64,000 bases of DNA from a bacterium (GTDB taxonomy: Bacteria; UBA8248): positions 3,328,001 to 3,392,000 of the forward strand of contig OZ242260.1 of the NCBI GenBank assembly GCA_965207065.1, written 5' to 3'. Below are positions 45,886 to 54,344 of the stretch, piece after piece. The notes below the pieces were generated by a model. It was not told where the DNA came from, searched no databases, and was given only the letters and a program-made list of their open reading frames with translations. Both the position numbers and the translations under genes were made by a program. How positions within the stretch are numbered: the first letter of the stretch is position 1; each line of letters starts with the position of its first letter.

Positions 45886-46197
45886 TCACCCCATCGTCGA
45901 ATCGACGGCTTCCAGGAATTTCACGCCCACGGGCTCCGCGAGCAGGTCGGGCAGTTTCTCCCTGAAAACCTTGTAGTGCGGCTCTTCCCGGTGCGCGTCG
46001 AGTGCGGCCTGCGATTTCCAGCACTCGATGAAATGGAACGCGCCCGCCTCATCCGTCGACCGGTACAGGTTGTAGAAAATACAGCCTTCCTCGGCGCGCG
46101 ATGGGGCGCACATGCCGCCCAAGAGTTCGGCCATTTCGTCTTCTTTTCCGGGTTTCGGTTTGAGCCACGCAATCAGGAATACCCTCTCATCCGCCAT
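45886..46197 (-). CDS. Antibiotic biosynthesis monooxygenase (ABM) / quinol monooxygenase family
   Basis: KPGKE, SRAEEGCIFYNL, ECWKSQAALDAH...PHY; AGGAGG RBS. Confidence 0.9.
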   Translation of the reverse strand: MADERVFLIAWLKPKPGKEDEMAELLGGMCAPSRAEEGCIFYNLYRSTDEAGAFHFIECWKSQAALDAHREEPHYKVFREKLPDLLAEPVGVKFLEAVDSTMG

Positions 46198-46287
46198 TTT
46201 CCGCCTCCTGTTCAAGGAATGAAAATTTGATTTTTCGGGCGTATTCTATCCGTTGAACCGGGCCGTGACCAGATGGTTCCCTACTCC

Positions 46288-46316
46288 TCGCCTCATGGGA
46301 ACTTGAGGTGTATAGT
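46288..46316 (+). promoter_or_regulatory. Candidate promoter of a leaderless transcript
   Basis: TCGCCT-N17-TATAGT-N6-ATG; the same elements and spacing occur at 50428-50456. Confidence 0.6.
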
Positions 46317-46322
46317 CCGCCC

Positions 46323-47162
46323 ATGGTCGAGTGGATATCATCATGGGGGAGTCCCGAGTTTCTCGCTTTGGCGACCTCGTTCAGCTATTCCATCACGCTC
46401 ATAACGGTGCGCCGGGCGATGACGACCGCCCTCGTGCTGGGCACCCTGGCCTCGACCAACGTGAGGGCGCTCGGCTGGTTCGCTCTTACGGGCGTGGCCG
46501 GCCACGGAACGGGGAGCCTCATCTTCTTTTCGGCCATCGAGCGCCTGGGCGTGAACCGGGCAACGGCGGTACACTCATCCGCTCCTTTGTGGGGCGTGGT
46601 ATTCGCGATCATCATCCTGGGCGAGCAGCCGGGCGTCTACGTGCTCATGGGGACGCTCGGGATCGTGGGCGGCGTTTTTCTGCTCTCCTGGCCGGAGAGA
46701 AAGCGCGCGGGAGGCGGGTCTCCGAACTGGAGCCGGAAGGATTACCTCCTGCCGCTTTTCTCTTCTTTGTGCTATGCGATGGTTCCGGTGTTCGCCAAGC
46801 TGGGTCTCGCCGAGCAGCAGGCGCCCTATCTGGGATTCGGCGTGGCGTTCGGCTCAGGCCTATTGCTCATGCTGGCGGCGAGGCGCATGACGCCCGGCGG
46901 CGGGGTGATAAGAGGCAACGCTCAGACGGTGAAAGCCCTCCTCGTCGGGCTTCCGTTCAACATCATCGCCGCTTTTCTGATGTGGACGGCGTTCGTGGCG
47001 GGCATGGTGTCGAGCGTATTGCCGCTGAGCCGGATGACGCCCCTGTGGGTGATCCTGTTCAGTTTTCTGTTTCTGGGGAAAATAGAGCGCGTGGCCGCGA
47101 GAACGGTCCTCGCAGCGTGCCTCGTCGTATCCGGCGGGGTGATGATCACCCTGTTCGGCTAG
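46323..47162 (+). CDS. DMT (EamA) transporter with an apparent in-frame deletion of ~21 aa
   Basis: LGEQPG and VLPLSR motifs shared with the paralogues at 47197 and 50464; the second TM segment is missing. Confidence 0.8.
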   Translation: MVEWISSWGSPEFLALATSFSYSITLITVRRAMTTALVLGTLASTNVRALGWFALTGVAGHGTGSLIFFSAIERLGVNRATAVHSSAPLWGVVFAIIILGEQPGVYVLMGTLGIVGGVFLLSWPERKRAGGGSPNWSRKDYLLPLFSSLCYAMVPVFAKLGLAEQQAPYLGFGVAFGSGLLLMLAARRMTPGGGVIRGNAQTVKALLVGLPFNIIAAFLMWTAFVAGMVSSVLPLSRMTPLWVILFSFLFLGKIERVAARTVLAACLVVSGGVMITLFG

Positions 47163-47196
47163 CAGTCCCGATAGCGAGGCGCATCATCAAGGAGCA

Positions 47197-48108
47197 GTGA
47201 GTCATAAAATGTCGGGACTTTTCGCACAAGCAGGCTTGGGGGAATTACTCGCGGTAGGGGCGTCCTTGTCTTATTCGACGTCTCTCATCGCCATCCGCCA
47301 GGGGGTGCGCAGCGCGACGCCGATAGCGGGCGTGCTTATCTTGAGTGCGACGGTTTCCGTTCTGGGCCTCACCATCGCCGCCGCTCGCGGTACGCTCCAG
47401 GAATCCATGCTCACGCCGGTGTTGATATTCATGCTCGGCGGCTGCCTGGGGCAGGGCGTGGGACAGCTCACGAACGCCATCGGCATCGAGAAGATGGGCG
47501 TGAGCCGCTCGGTGCCGATTCAATCCTCCACCCCCATCTTCTCGGTCACCTTCGCGATGATATTCCTGGGCGAGCGGCCCGGCGTCGGCGTGGCGATGGG
47601 GACGGTTCTCATCGTGGCGGGCGTCTGCCTGCTCTCACTGGGCGAGCGGCGCAGCGGTCAGAGCTTCAAGAGCTTCTTTCAGGGCGGGCTCGTCTACCCG
47701 CTCACATCGTCGCTCTCCTATGCGCTGCTGCCCGTGCTGGCGAACGTCGCGTTCTCCTACCAGAAAACCCCCATCCTGGGCTTCGCATGCGCCTTCACGG
47801 CGGGAACCATCCTGCTCGCGGTAACGCGCCCCCTCCTGCCCGGCGGCGGCAAGCTCGAAGCCGACAGGAGGGCCGTCTACCTTTTTCTCGGCGCGGGGGT
47901 CACCACGACGCTGGCGGCCATCATGTTCTGGACGGCGATGAGCATCGCGCCCGTCTCGACGGTACTGCCGCTGAGCAGGCTCGTGCCCCTGTGGGTGGTG
48001 CTGTGGACATATCTGTTTTTAGGCGGGCTCGAGCGCATCACCTCGCGCATCGTCTTCGCGGCGGGGATGGTCGTGGCCGGCGGCGTGCTGATCACCGCTT
48101 TCAAGTAA
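47197..48108 (+). CDS. DMT (EamA) transporter
   Basis: About 10 TM segments; GCLGQG, LGERPG, VLPLSR. Confidence 0.88.
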   Translation: MSHKMSGLFAQAGLGELLAVGASLSYSTSLIAIRQGVRSATPIAGVLILSATVSVLGLTIAAARGTLQESMLTPVLIFMLGGCLGQGVGQLTNAIGIEKMGVSRSVPIQSSTPIFSVTFAMIFLGERPGVGVAMGTVLIVAGVCLLSLGERRSGQSFKSFFQGGLVYPLTSSLSYALLPVLANVAFSYQKTPILGFACAFTAGTILLAVTRPLLPGGGKLEADRRAVYLFLGAGVTTTLAAIMFWTAMSIAPVSTVLPLSRLVPLWVVLWTYLFLGGLERITSRIVFAAGMVVAGGVLITAFK

Positions 48109-48278
48109 AAACGCCTGTGTGTGGTTGAAAATAACTGGAAATGGACGGAAGCGGGTTAAACCGGTCAAATCCGCACAATAAATAGATCCCCTGGGAAAAC
48201 CTCTCGATTTTCCGGCCCTTTTCTGCATTGGGGAAATGCCGGGTTTCGGAGCATTCGCAATTTTTGGGTCGGCTGCAA

Positions 48279-49511
48279 TCAGCTCTCGTCCAGCGCGAGA
48301 CGGGGGACCGGCTTCTCGTCAATGGCCAGATGGAGGATGGCCGCGAACGCCGCGAAGAACACGGCGGCCCACCACATCAGGTCGTACGAGCCGGTGCGAT
48401 CGTAGATCACCCCGCCCATCCATACGCCGACGAAGCTTCCGATCTGATGGCCCAGCAACACGATGCCGGAGAGGGTCGCCATGTATTTCAACCCGAAGAG
48501 CTGCGCGACGATGCCGGTGGTCAGCGGGACCGTCGAGAGCCACAGCACCCCCATCGATGCCGCGAACAGGTAGATCGTCAGGTCACTCGCCGGGGCCATC
48601 AGGAGCGCGACGATGACCAGCCCCCGGCCCAGGTAGATGACGGAAAGACTCATCTTCTTGCTGAACCGTTGGCCGATGGCGCCCGACATGAACGCGCCGA
48701 AGATGTTGAGCAGCCCGACGATCGAGAGCGCATAGGCGCCGACATGCGGCGAGAGGCCGAGATCGGTGACGTAGGCGGGGAAGTGCACGACGATGAACGC
48801 GACGTGAAACCCGCACACGAAGAACCCGATGGTGAGGAGCACGTAGCCGCGATGGCTCATGGCCTCGCCGAGGGCTTCCCCGAGGGTCTGGCCCGACTCC
48901 GGCTCGCCGACCGCCTTTCCCGTGCCCCGGAGGGTGAACGCGAGCGGAATCATGACCAGCGTGATGAGAGAGATCAGCAAGAGCGAGTCGTACCATCCGT
49001 AGCTCGATATCAGGGCCTGGCTGAGCGGTGAGAAAATCACCTGGCCGAGCGAGCCGGCCGCGGTTCCGAAGCCGAGGGCGAGCGAGCGGCGTTCCGGCCC
49101 CACGACCCGCGCGATGGCGGCGAGCACGAGCGAGAACGAGGTGAACGCGACCCCGAGGCCGACGAGGAGGCCGCCGCTCAACAGGAGTGTGATTCCGCTG
49201 TCCGACACCGCCATGCCTGCAACGCCAATGGCGAAGACGACAGCGCCAAAGGCGATCACCAGCGCGGCTCCGTACCGGTCCGCGATGGCCCCGGCGATCG
49301 GGACGCCGATTCCCCACAATAGATTCTGGACCGCCATTGCGAACGCGAAGGTCTGGCGAGACCACCCGTTCGAAACCGTCATCGGATCGAGAAAGAGCCC
49401 GAAGCTCCCGCGGACCCCGAATCCGATGAGCGAGATCAGACAACCAGCCACGACCACCGCGAGCACGGCGCCACGACCCGGGTGGATGTCGGAGGTGACA
49501 ACGCGGCTCAT
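48279..49511 (-). CDS. MFS transporter
   Basis: GAIADRYG, GFFVCGFHVAF, WLSTVPLT, HQIGSFVG, DRTGSYD. Start trimmed to the ATG at 49511. Confidence 0.9.
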   Translation of the reverse strand: MSRVVTSDIHPGRGAVLAVVVAGCLISLIGFGVRGSFGLFLDPMTVSNGWSRQTFAFAMAVQNLLWGIGVPIAGAIADRYGAALVIAFGAVVFAIGVAGMAVSDSGITLLLSGGLLVGLGVAFTSFSLVLAAIARVVGPERRSLALGFGTAAGSLGQVIFSPLSQALISSYGWYDSLLLISLITLVMIPLAFTLRGTGKAVGEPESGQTLGEALGEAMSHRGYVLLTIGFFVCGFHVAFIVVHFPAYVTDLGLSPHVGAYALSIVGLLNIFGAFMSGAIGQRFSKKMSLSVIYLGRGLVIVALLMAPASDLTIYLFAASMGVLWLSTVPLTTGIVAQLFGLKYMATLSGIVLLGHQIGSFVGVWMGGVIYDRTGSYDLMWWAAVFFAAFAAILHLAIDEKPVPRLALDES

Positions 49512-49738
49512 GGGGATGCGGTCTCCATCTCGAGCAATGGTCGAGGCGCGGCGCGCCAGCCTGTCTGTCTCGGCGGCGCGTACACAAAGCGCGCAATGTA
49601 GCACGCCTGGAGTCGATATCGAATCCGGAACATCCGTCTCGCATGCCGTCGTCGTGGAGCGCGCTCTGATTGACGCTCTTTCCCGCCTGAAGGACAATGA
49701 CCCGCATCGGGTAAAACCATCGTGAGGCGGACGGAGCC

Positions 49739-50254
49739 ATGAAGACCCTTTTCCTGCTGCGGCACGCCAAGTCGAGCTGGTCGGAGCCGGGGCTGGCCGA
49801 TTTCGACCGCCCGCTGAACGAACGTGGCAGCTGCGCGGCGCCGCTTATCGCCCGGCATCTTGCGCGTGGCGGCCTGTTGCCCGACCTCATCCTGTGCTCG
49901 GCCGCCCTGCGCACCCGCGAGACCCTGGCCCTGATGCTGCCCGGACTGGCTCGCGACGCCGTCGTGCGCATCGAGAGCGGCCTCTACGGGGCGGACGCGG
50001 GAACCTTGCTGAGACGCCTCGAACGGGTCGAAGCCGCTGTTGATTGCGTCCTTCTCATCGCCCACAACCCGGGGCTCGAAGACCTCGCCGCCGGGATTTG
50101 CGGCGGCGGACCCGAGCCGATGCGACGGCGCATGGACGAAAAATTCCCGACCGCCGCCCTGGCCGCGTTCGCGCTCGACGCGGCGCGCTGGTCCTCGCTG
50201 CGCGAAGGGGCGGCGATTCTCACCGACTTCGTCCTGCCGAAAGAGCTCGCCTAG
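49739..50254 (+). CDS. sixA: Histidine phosphatase, SixA family
   Basis: LLRHAKSSW, DFDRPLNERG, CSAALRTRET, AHNPG, FPTAA. Confidence 0.85.
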   Translation: MKTLFLLRHAKSSWSEPGLADFDRPLNERGSCAAPLIARHLARGGLLPDLILCSAALRTRETLALMLPGLARDAVVRIESGLYGADAGTLLRRLERVEAAVDCVLLIAHNPGLEDLAAGICGGGPEPMRRRMDEKFPTAALAAFALDAARWSSLREGAAILTDFVLPKELA

Positions 50255-50427
50255 GCCCGCCGGAAACCACGCCCGGCGCGGCGCCGCTTCCAGGCCGCGC
50301 CGTGTGCTTTATCGGTCAGGAACGCCCCTCGGAAAAGTGATTTTTTCAGGCGAAAACGGCCGGGAAATCGAGAGGATTCCCCGGGACATTCGCAATTGGT
50401 TTTGATTCACCACAACGCCCGCTCTTC

Positions 50428-50456
50428 TCGCCTAAATATCCCGGTGCGTGTATAGT
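50428..50456 (+). promoter_or_regulatory. Candidate promoter of a leaderless transcript
   Basis: TCGCCT-N17-TATAGT-N7-ATG, with no Shine-Dalgarno sequence. Confidence 0.6.
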
Positions 50457-50463
50457 CGCGCCC

Positions 50464-51369
50464 ATGAACGCGCAAGTTCCCTTTTTCATGGCGGGCGAAG
50501 TCCTCGCTCTCTCATCTTCGTTCATCTACTCGGCGGCGCTCATCTCCTTCCGCCGGGGGCTGAGGAGCGCCTCCCCCATCACCGGGGTGCTCATCACCAA
50601 CGCCGTGGCGAGTATCCTCCTCTTGAGCATCGCCTTTTCCCTGGGCACGCTGCAGACCTCATCGCTCCGGCCCGTCCTGTGGTTCATGCTGGCGGGCTGT
50701 CTGGGGCAGGGGATGGGCCATCTGGCGTCCTACACCGCGATTCAGCGCATCGGCGCGAGCCGGACGAGCCCCGTCCAGGCTTCGGCCCCGATATGGGCGG
50801 TTTTTTTCGCCGCCTTCTTCCTGGGGGAAGAGCCGGGCGTGGCGGTGGTGCTCGGCACGCTCTCCATCGTCGGCGGCGTGGCGCTCATCTCGATGGGCGA
50901 GAGCAAGGACGTCGCCAAGGGCGGCATGGGGCCCGAATTCCGCCGCGCGCTGATGTTTCCCGTCTTCGCCTCGTTCATGTACGCCGCCATGCCGGTCATC
51001 GCGAAAATCGGCTACGCCGAGCAGCGAACGCCCTTCGCGGCGGTGGGCTTCGCCTTTCTGGCGGGTTTCCTCTTCCTGCTGGTGGCCAAGCCGTTCCTGG
51101 GCGCGAGCGGCAGAATCCACGTGGGCCGGCGAGACGTCTCCTGGATACTGTTGGGCTCGGTGTTCTCCGCCACGGCCACGGGGCTTTTGTGGTACACCCT
51201 CACGTTCTCGGACGTCACCGTCGTCCTCCCCCTGAGCCGCACCGCCCCGATATGGGTGGTGCTCCTGAGCCTCATCTTCATGGGCGACATGGAGCGCGTG
51301 AACGCGCGCCTTTTCGGCGCGGCGGGCCTCGTCGTGCTCGGCGGATTCCTGATCACGAGTTTCCGGTGA
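50464..51369 (+). CDS. DMT (EamA) transporter
   Basis: About 10 TM segments; GCLGQG, LGEEPG, VLPLSR. Confidence 0.88.
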   Translation: MNAQVPFFMAGEVLALSSSFIYSAALISFRRGLRSASPITGVLITNAVASILLLSIAFSLGTLQTSSLRPVLWFMLAGCLGQGMGHLASYTAIQRIGASRTSPVQASAPIWAVFFAAFFLGEEPGVAVVLGTLSIVGGVALISMGESKDVAKGGMGPEFRRALMFPVFASFMYAAMPVIAKIGYAEQRTPFAAVGFAFLAGFLFLLVAKPFLGASGRIHVGRRDVSWILLGSVFSATATGLLWYTLTFSDVTVVLPLSRTAPIWVVLLSLIFMGDMERVNARLFGAAGLVVLGGFLITSFR

Positions 51370-51427
51370 AAACAATCAGATATTATTGAATAACGTCAAT
51401 AGAAGCAGAGTTTGATTCAGAAATGAT

Positions 51428-51451
51428 GTAGGGGCGGCTCGCGAGCCGCCC
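51428..51451 (+). repeat. GTAG-type REP
   Basis: GTAGGGGCGGCTCGCGAGCCGCCC. Confidence 0.75.
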
Positions 51452-51584
51452 TGTTGTTGTTTTTGGTGAAATTTTCTGCAAGAGGAATAGGCATTTCTTA
51501 GTGTCATTTAACTACAGATATTTACAGTCAATACATACAGCAATACTATAGCAGAAATCGCTTGAAATTCCTGACTGGGTTACC

Positions 51585-54344
51585 CTATCCCCGCCGTTTC
51601 CTCGTCTTCCTCACCCGCACGGCGCAGAACTTGAACTCCGGGATTTTCCCGTAGGGGTCTAGGTCGTCTACGGTGAGCAGGTTCGCGGCGGCTTCCACGT
51701 AGTGGAAGGGGATGAACACCTGCCCGGGCCGCACGCGCGAAGAAGACCGGGCGGGGAGGGCGATCTCCCCGCGCCTCGATTCCACGCGAACTTCCGAATC
51801 GTCTTTGATCTTCAGGCGTTTCAGGTCATCGGGCGCCATTTCCACGTAGGGGCCAGGTTCCGCGGCTTCCAGCGCCTGCGCCCTTCTGGTGATGGCCCCC
51901 GTATGCCAGTGGTAGATGTTGCGACCCGTGTTGAGCACGAAGGGGTAGTCCTCGTCCGGCATCTCCTTGGCGGGGGCGTACTGGACGGGGATGAGCTTTC
52001 CTCGGCCTGACGGGAACGATCTCGAGAACAGGATTTCCGTGCCCTGGCGATCGGGCCTGGTGCACGGCCAGACGAGTCCGTGCCCTCCCAGTCGGTCGTA
52101 CGACATGCCCGCCATGAAGGGAGTAAGCGATGCGATTTCCTCGAAAATCTCCGCTTCCGACTCATATTCCATCGGGTATCCGAGGCGTTCCGAGAGTTCG
52201 GCCACGATGCGCCAGTCCTCGCGCGCCTCGCCGGGCGGGTCGACCGCGCGCCTTCCGATCTGCACCCTCCTGTCCGTGTTCGTATAGGTGCCCGTTTTCT
52301 CCGGGAACGCCGTGGAGGGGAGCACCACGTCCGCGAAATAGGCGGTTTCCGTCAAAAATATGTCCTGGACGACGAGGAATTCGAGGTTTGCGAGCGCGCC
52401 CCGCGAATGATTGAGATTGGGATCGCTCATGGCCGGGTTCTCGCCCATGATGTACATTCCCTTTATCTCGCCCCGGTTGGCTGCGTCGGCGATTTCCATC
52501 ACGGTCAGGCCGGGTTCCGGGTCGAGCTTCCGGCCCCATGCCTCCTCGAATTTTTTCCGGATTTTCGGGGAAGATACGTCCTGATAGGCGGAATAGACCA
52601 TGGGGATGAGTCCCACGTCCGATGCGCCCTGCACGTTGTTCTGCCCCCGCAGGGGGTGTAAGCCCGTTCCCTCGCGGCCGATCTGGCCGCAAATCAGGCA
52701 AAGGGCGATGAGCGCGCGGCAGTTGTCCGTCCCGTGGGTGTGCTGGGAGAGTCCCATGCCCCAGAAGATGATGCTGCGCTCGGCCGTCGCATACCCTCTG
52801 GCCAATGCCCGGAGCGTGTCCGGGGCAACGCCTGTAAGTTTGGCGACGTTTTGGGGCGTATAGGGCTTTACGTTCTCAGCGAGTTCTTTGAACCCCTCGG
52901 TGCGCGCGGCTACGAAATCGGCGTTATAGAGTTTCTCTTCGATCACCACGTTCAGAAGCCCGTTGAACAGCGCCACGTCCGTACCGGGGCGGAACTGCAC
53001 GAAGGTGTCCGCATGGTCGACGAGGTCGATTCGCCTCGGGTCGATGACGGCGAGCGTGGCGCCCTCTTGCGAGGCCTGCTTGATGAAGGTGGCGGCTACG
53101 GGGTGGTTTTCGGTGGCGTTGGCGCCTGCGACTAAGATGAAATCCGCCTTGAGCGCGTCCGAGAAGGGGTTGCTTACGGCGCTCGACCCGATGGTCTGGA
53201 ACAAAGCGGCCACAGAGCTTGCGTGGCAAAGCCGCGTGCAGTGGTCCACGTTGTTCGTGCCGAATACGGCGCGGATGAGTTTCTGGAAGAGATAGTTGTC
53301 CTCGTTCGAGCATTTCGCCGAACCGAAGCCGGCCATGCTCGATGGGCCGTGGTCCTCATGGATTTTCTTGAGTGAACTTGCGGCGAGTTCCATGGCTTCA
53401 TCCCAACTCGCCTCGCGGAAGAGGGAGAGCGGGTTTCCCGGAAGTTCCTTCGTCTTTGGCGCGCCTTCCTTGCGGATGAGGGGGGTCGTGAGCCGGTCGG
53501 GGTGATGGGCGTAGTCGAACCCGTAGCGCCCCTTGACGCAGAGCCTTCCCCGGTTCACGGGACTGGTTTCATCCCCTCGGACGCTCAGGAGTGTGTTGCC
53601 CGCCACCTGGTAGGAGATGGAGCAGCCCACGCCGCAGTAGGGGCAGACGGAATCGACCTCTTTTACCTTGCCGGGGGCGATTTGCAGCGTGAGGGATTTG
53701 TCCGTGAGCGCGTCCGTGGGACAGGCGGCCATGCATTCCCCGCAGGAGACGCAGGTGGATTCTCCCATGGGCATATCGGTGTCGAACACGATTTTTGCGC
53801 TCGCGCCCTTGCCGCCGCGTCCGATGACGTTGTTGCCCTGGACGTCCGTGCAGGCGCGTATGCAGCGGTCGCACAGGATGCACGCGCTGTGATCCACGGC
53901 GATGACGGCGGATGAGAAATCCTGCGCTCGCCCCGTCTCCTTGGGGGGCAGGGCGCTTACGCCGTTTCGGGCTTTCATCTGCTCGGCGAGCGCGGTGAGT
54001 TCGCAGTTCTCAGGCTCGGACTGAACGCCGTGGTCGGCCATCAGCATGGCCACCAGCGTTTTCTGGGCGCGCAAGACGCGCTCGCTTCCCGTTTGGATCA
54101 CCATGCCGGGCTCAATCTTCCGGTGGCAGGAGGGAACCAGCGTTCGCGCGCCCTCGACCTCCACGGCGCACACGCGGCACACGCCCACGGGCTCCATGCC
54201 GGGTTGGTGGCAGAGCCTGGGGATCTCGACGCCCGTCGACTGCGCCACCTCCCAGATGGTCGCGTCTTCTCGGGCCTTGATTTCCCGGCCGTCGATGGTG
54301 ATGGAGATCATCTTGGCGTCGGACATTTCTCGTTTCGCCGTCAT
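51585..54344 (-). CDS. fdhF: NAD-linked formate dehydrogenase alpha subunit (Mo/W-bisPGD, Cys-ligated)
   Basis: N-terminal 2Fe-2S, CILCDRC and CVSCGEC 4Fe-4S motifs, CPYCGVGC, VDHCTRLCHASS, PLRGQNNVQG, KIPEFKFCAV. Confidence 0.93.
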   Translation of the reverse strand: MTAKREMSDAKMISITIDGREIKAREDATIWEVAQSTGVEIPRLCHQPGMEPVGVCRVCAVEVEGARTLVPSCHRKIEPGMVIQTGSERVLRAQKTLVAMLMADHGVQSEPENCELTALAEQMKARNGVSALPPKETGRAQDFSSAVIAVDHSACILCDRCIRACTDVQGNNVIGRGGKGASAKIVFDTDMPMGESTCVSCGECMAACPTDALTDKSLTLQIAPGKVKEVDSVCPYCGVGCSISYQVAGNTLLSVRGDETSPVNRGRLCVKGRYGFDYAHHPDRLTTPLIRKEGAPKTKELPGNPLSLFREASWDEAMELAASSLKKIHEDHGPSSMAGFGSAKCSNEDNYLFQKLIRAVFGTNNVDHCTRLCHASSVAALFQTIGSSAVSNPFSDALKADFILVAGANATENHPVAATFIKQASQEGATLAVIDPRRIDLVDHADTFVQFRPGTDVALFNGLLNVVIEEKLYNADFVAARTEGFKELAENVKPYTPQNVAKLTGVAPDTLRALARGYATAERSIIFWGMGLSQHTHGTDNCRALIALCLICGQIGREGTGLHPLRGQNNVQGASDVGLIPMVYSAYQDVSSPKIRKKFEEAWGRKLDPEPGLTVMEIADAANRGEIKGMYIMGENPAMSDPNLNHSRGALANLEFLVVQDIFLTETAYFADVVLPSTAFPEKTGTYTNTDRRVQIGRRAVDPPGEAREDWRIVAELSERLGYPMEYESEAEIFEEIASLTPFMAGMSYDRLGGHGLVWPCTRPDRQGTEILFSRSFPSGRGKLIPVQYAPAKEMPDEDYPFVLNTGRNIYHWHTGAITRRAQALEAAEPGPYVEMAPDDLKRLKIKDDSEVRVESRRGEIALPARSSSRVRPGQVFIPFHYVEAAANLLTVDDLDPYGKIPEFKFCAVRVRKTRKRRG

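Noticed and set aside
51585-54344. Selenocysteine in formate dehydrogenase, peroxiredoxin or thioredoxin
   Set aside because: All have uninterrupted frames with Cys at the catalytic positions.
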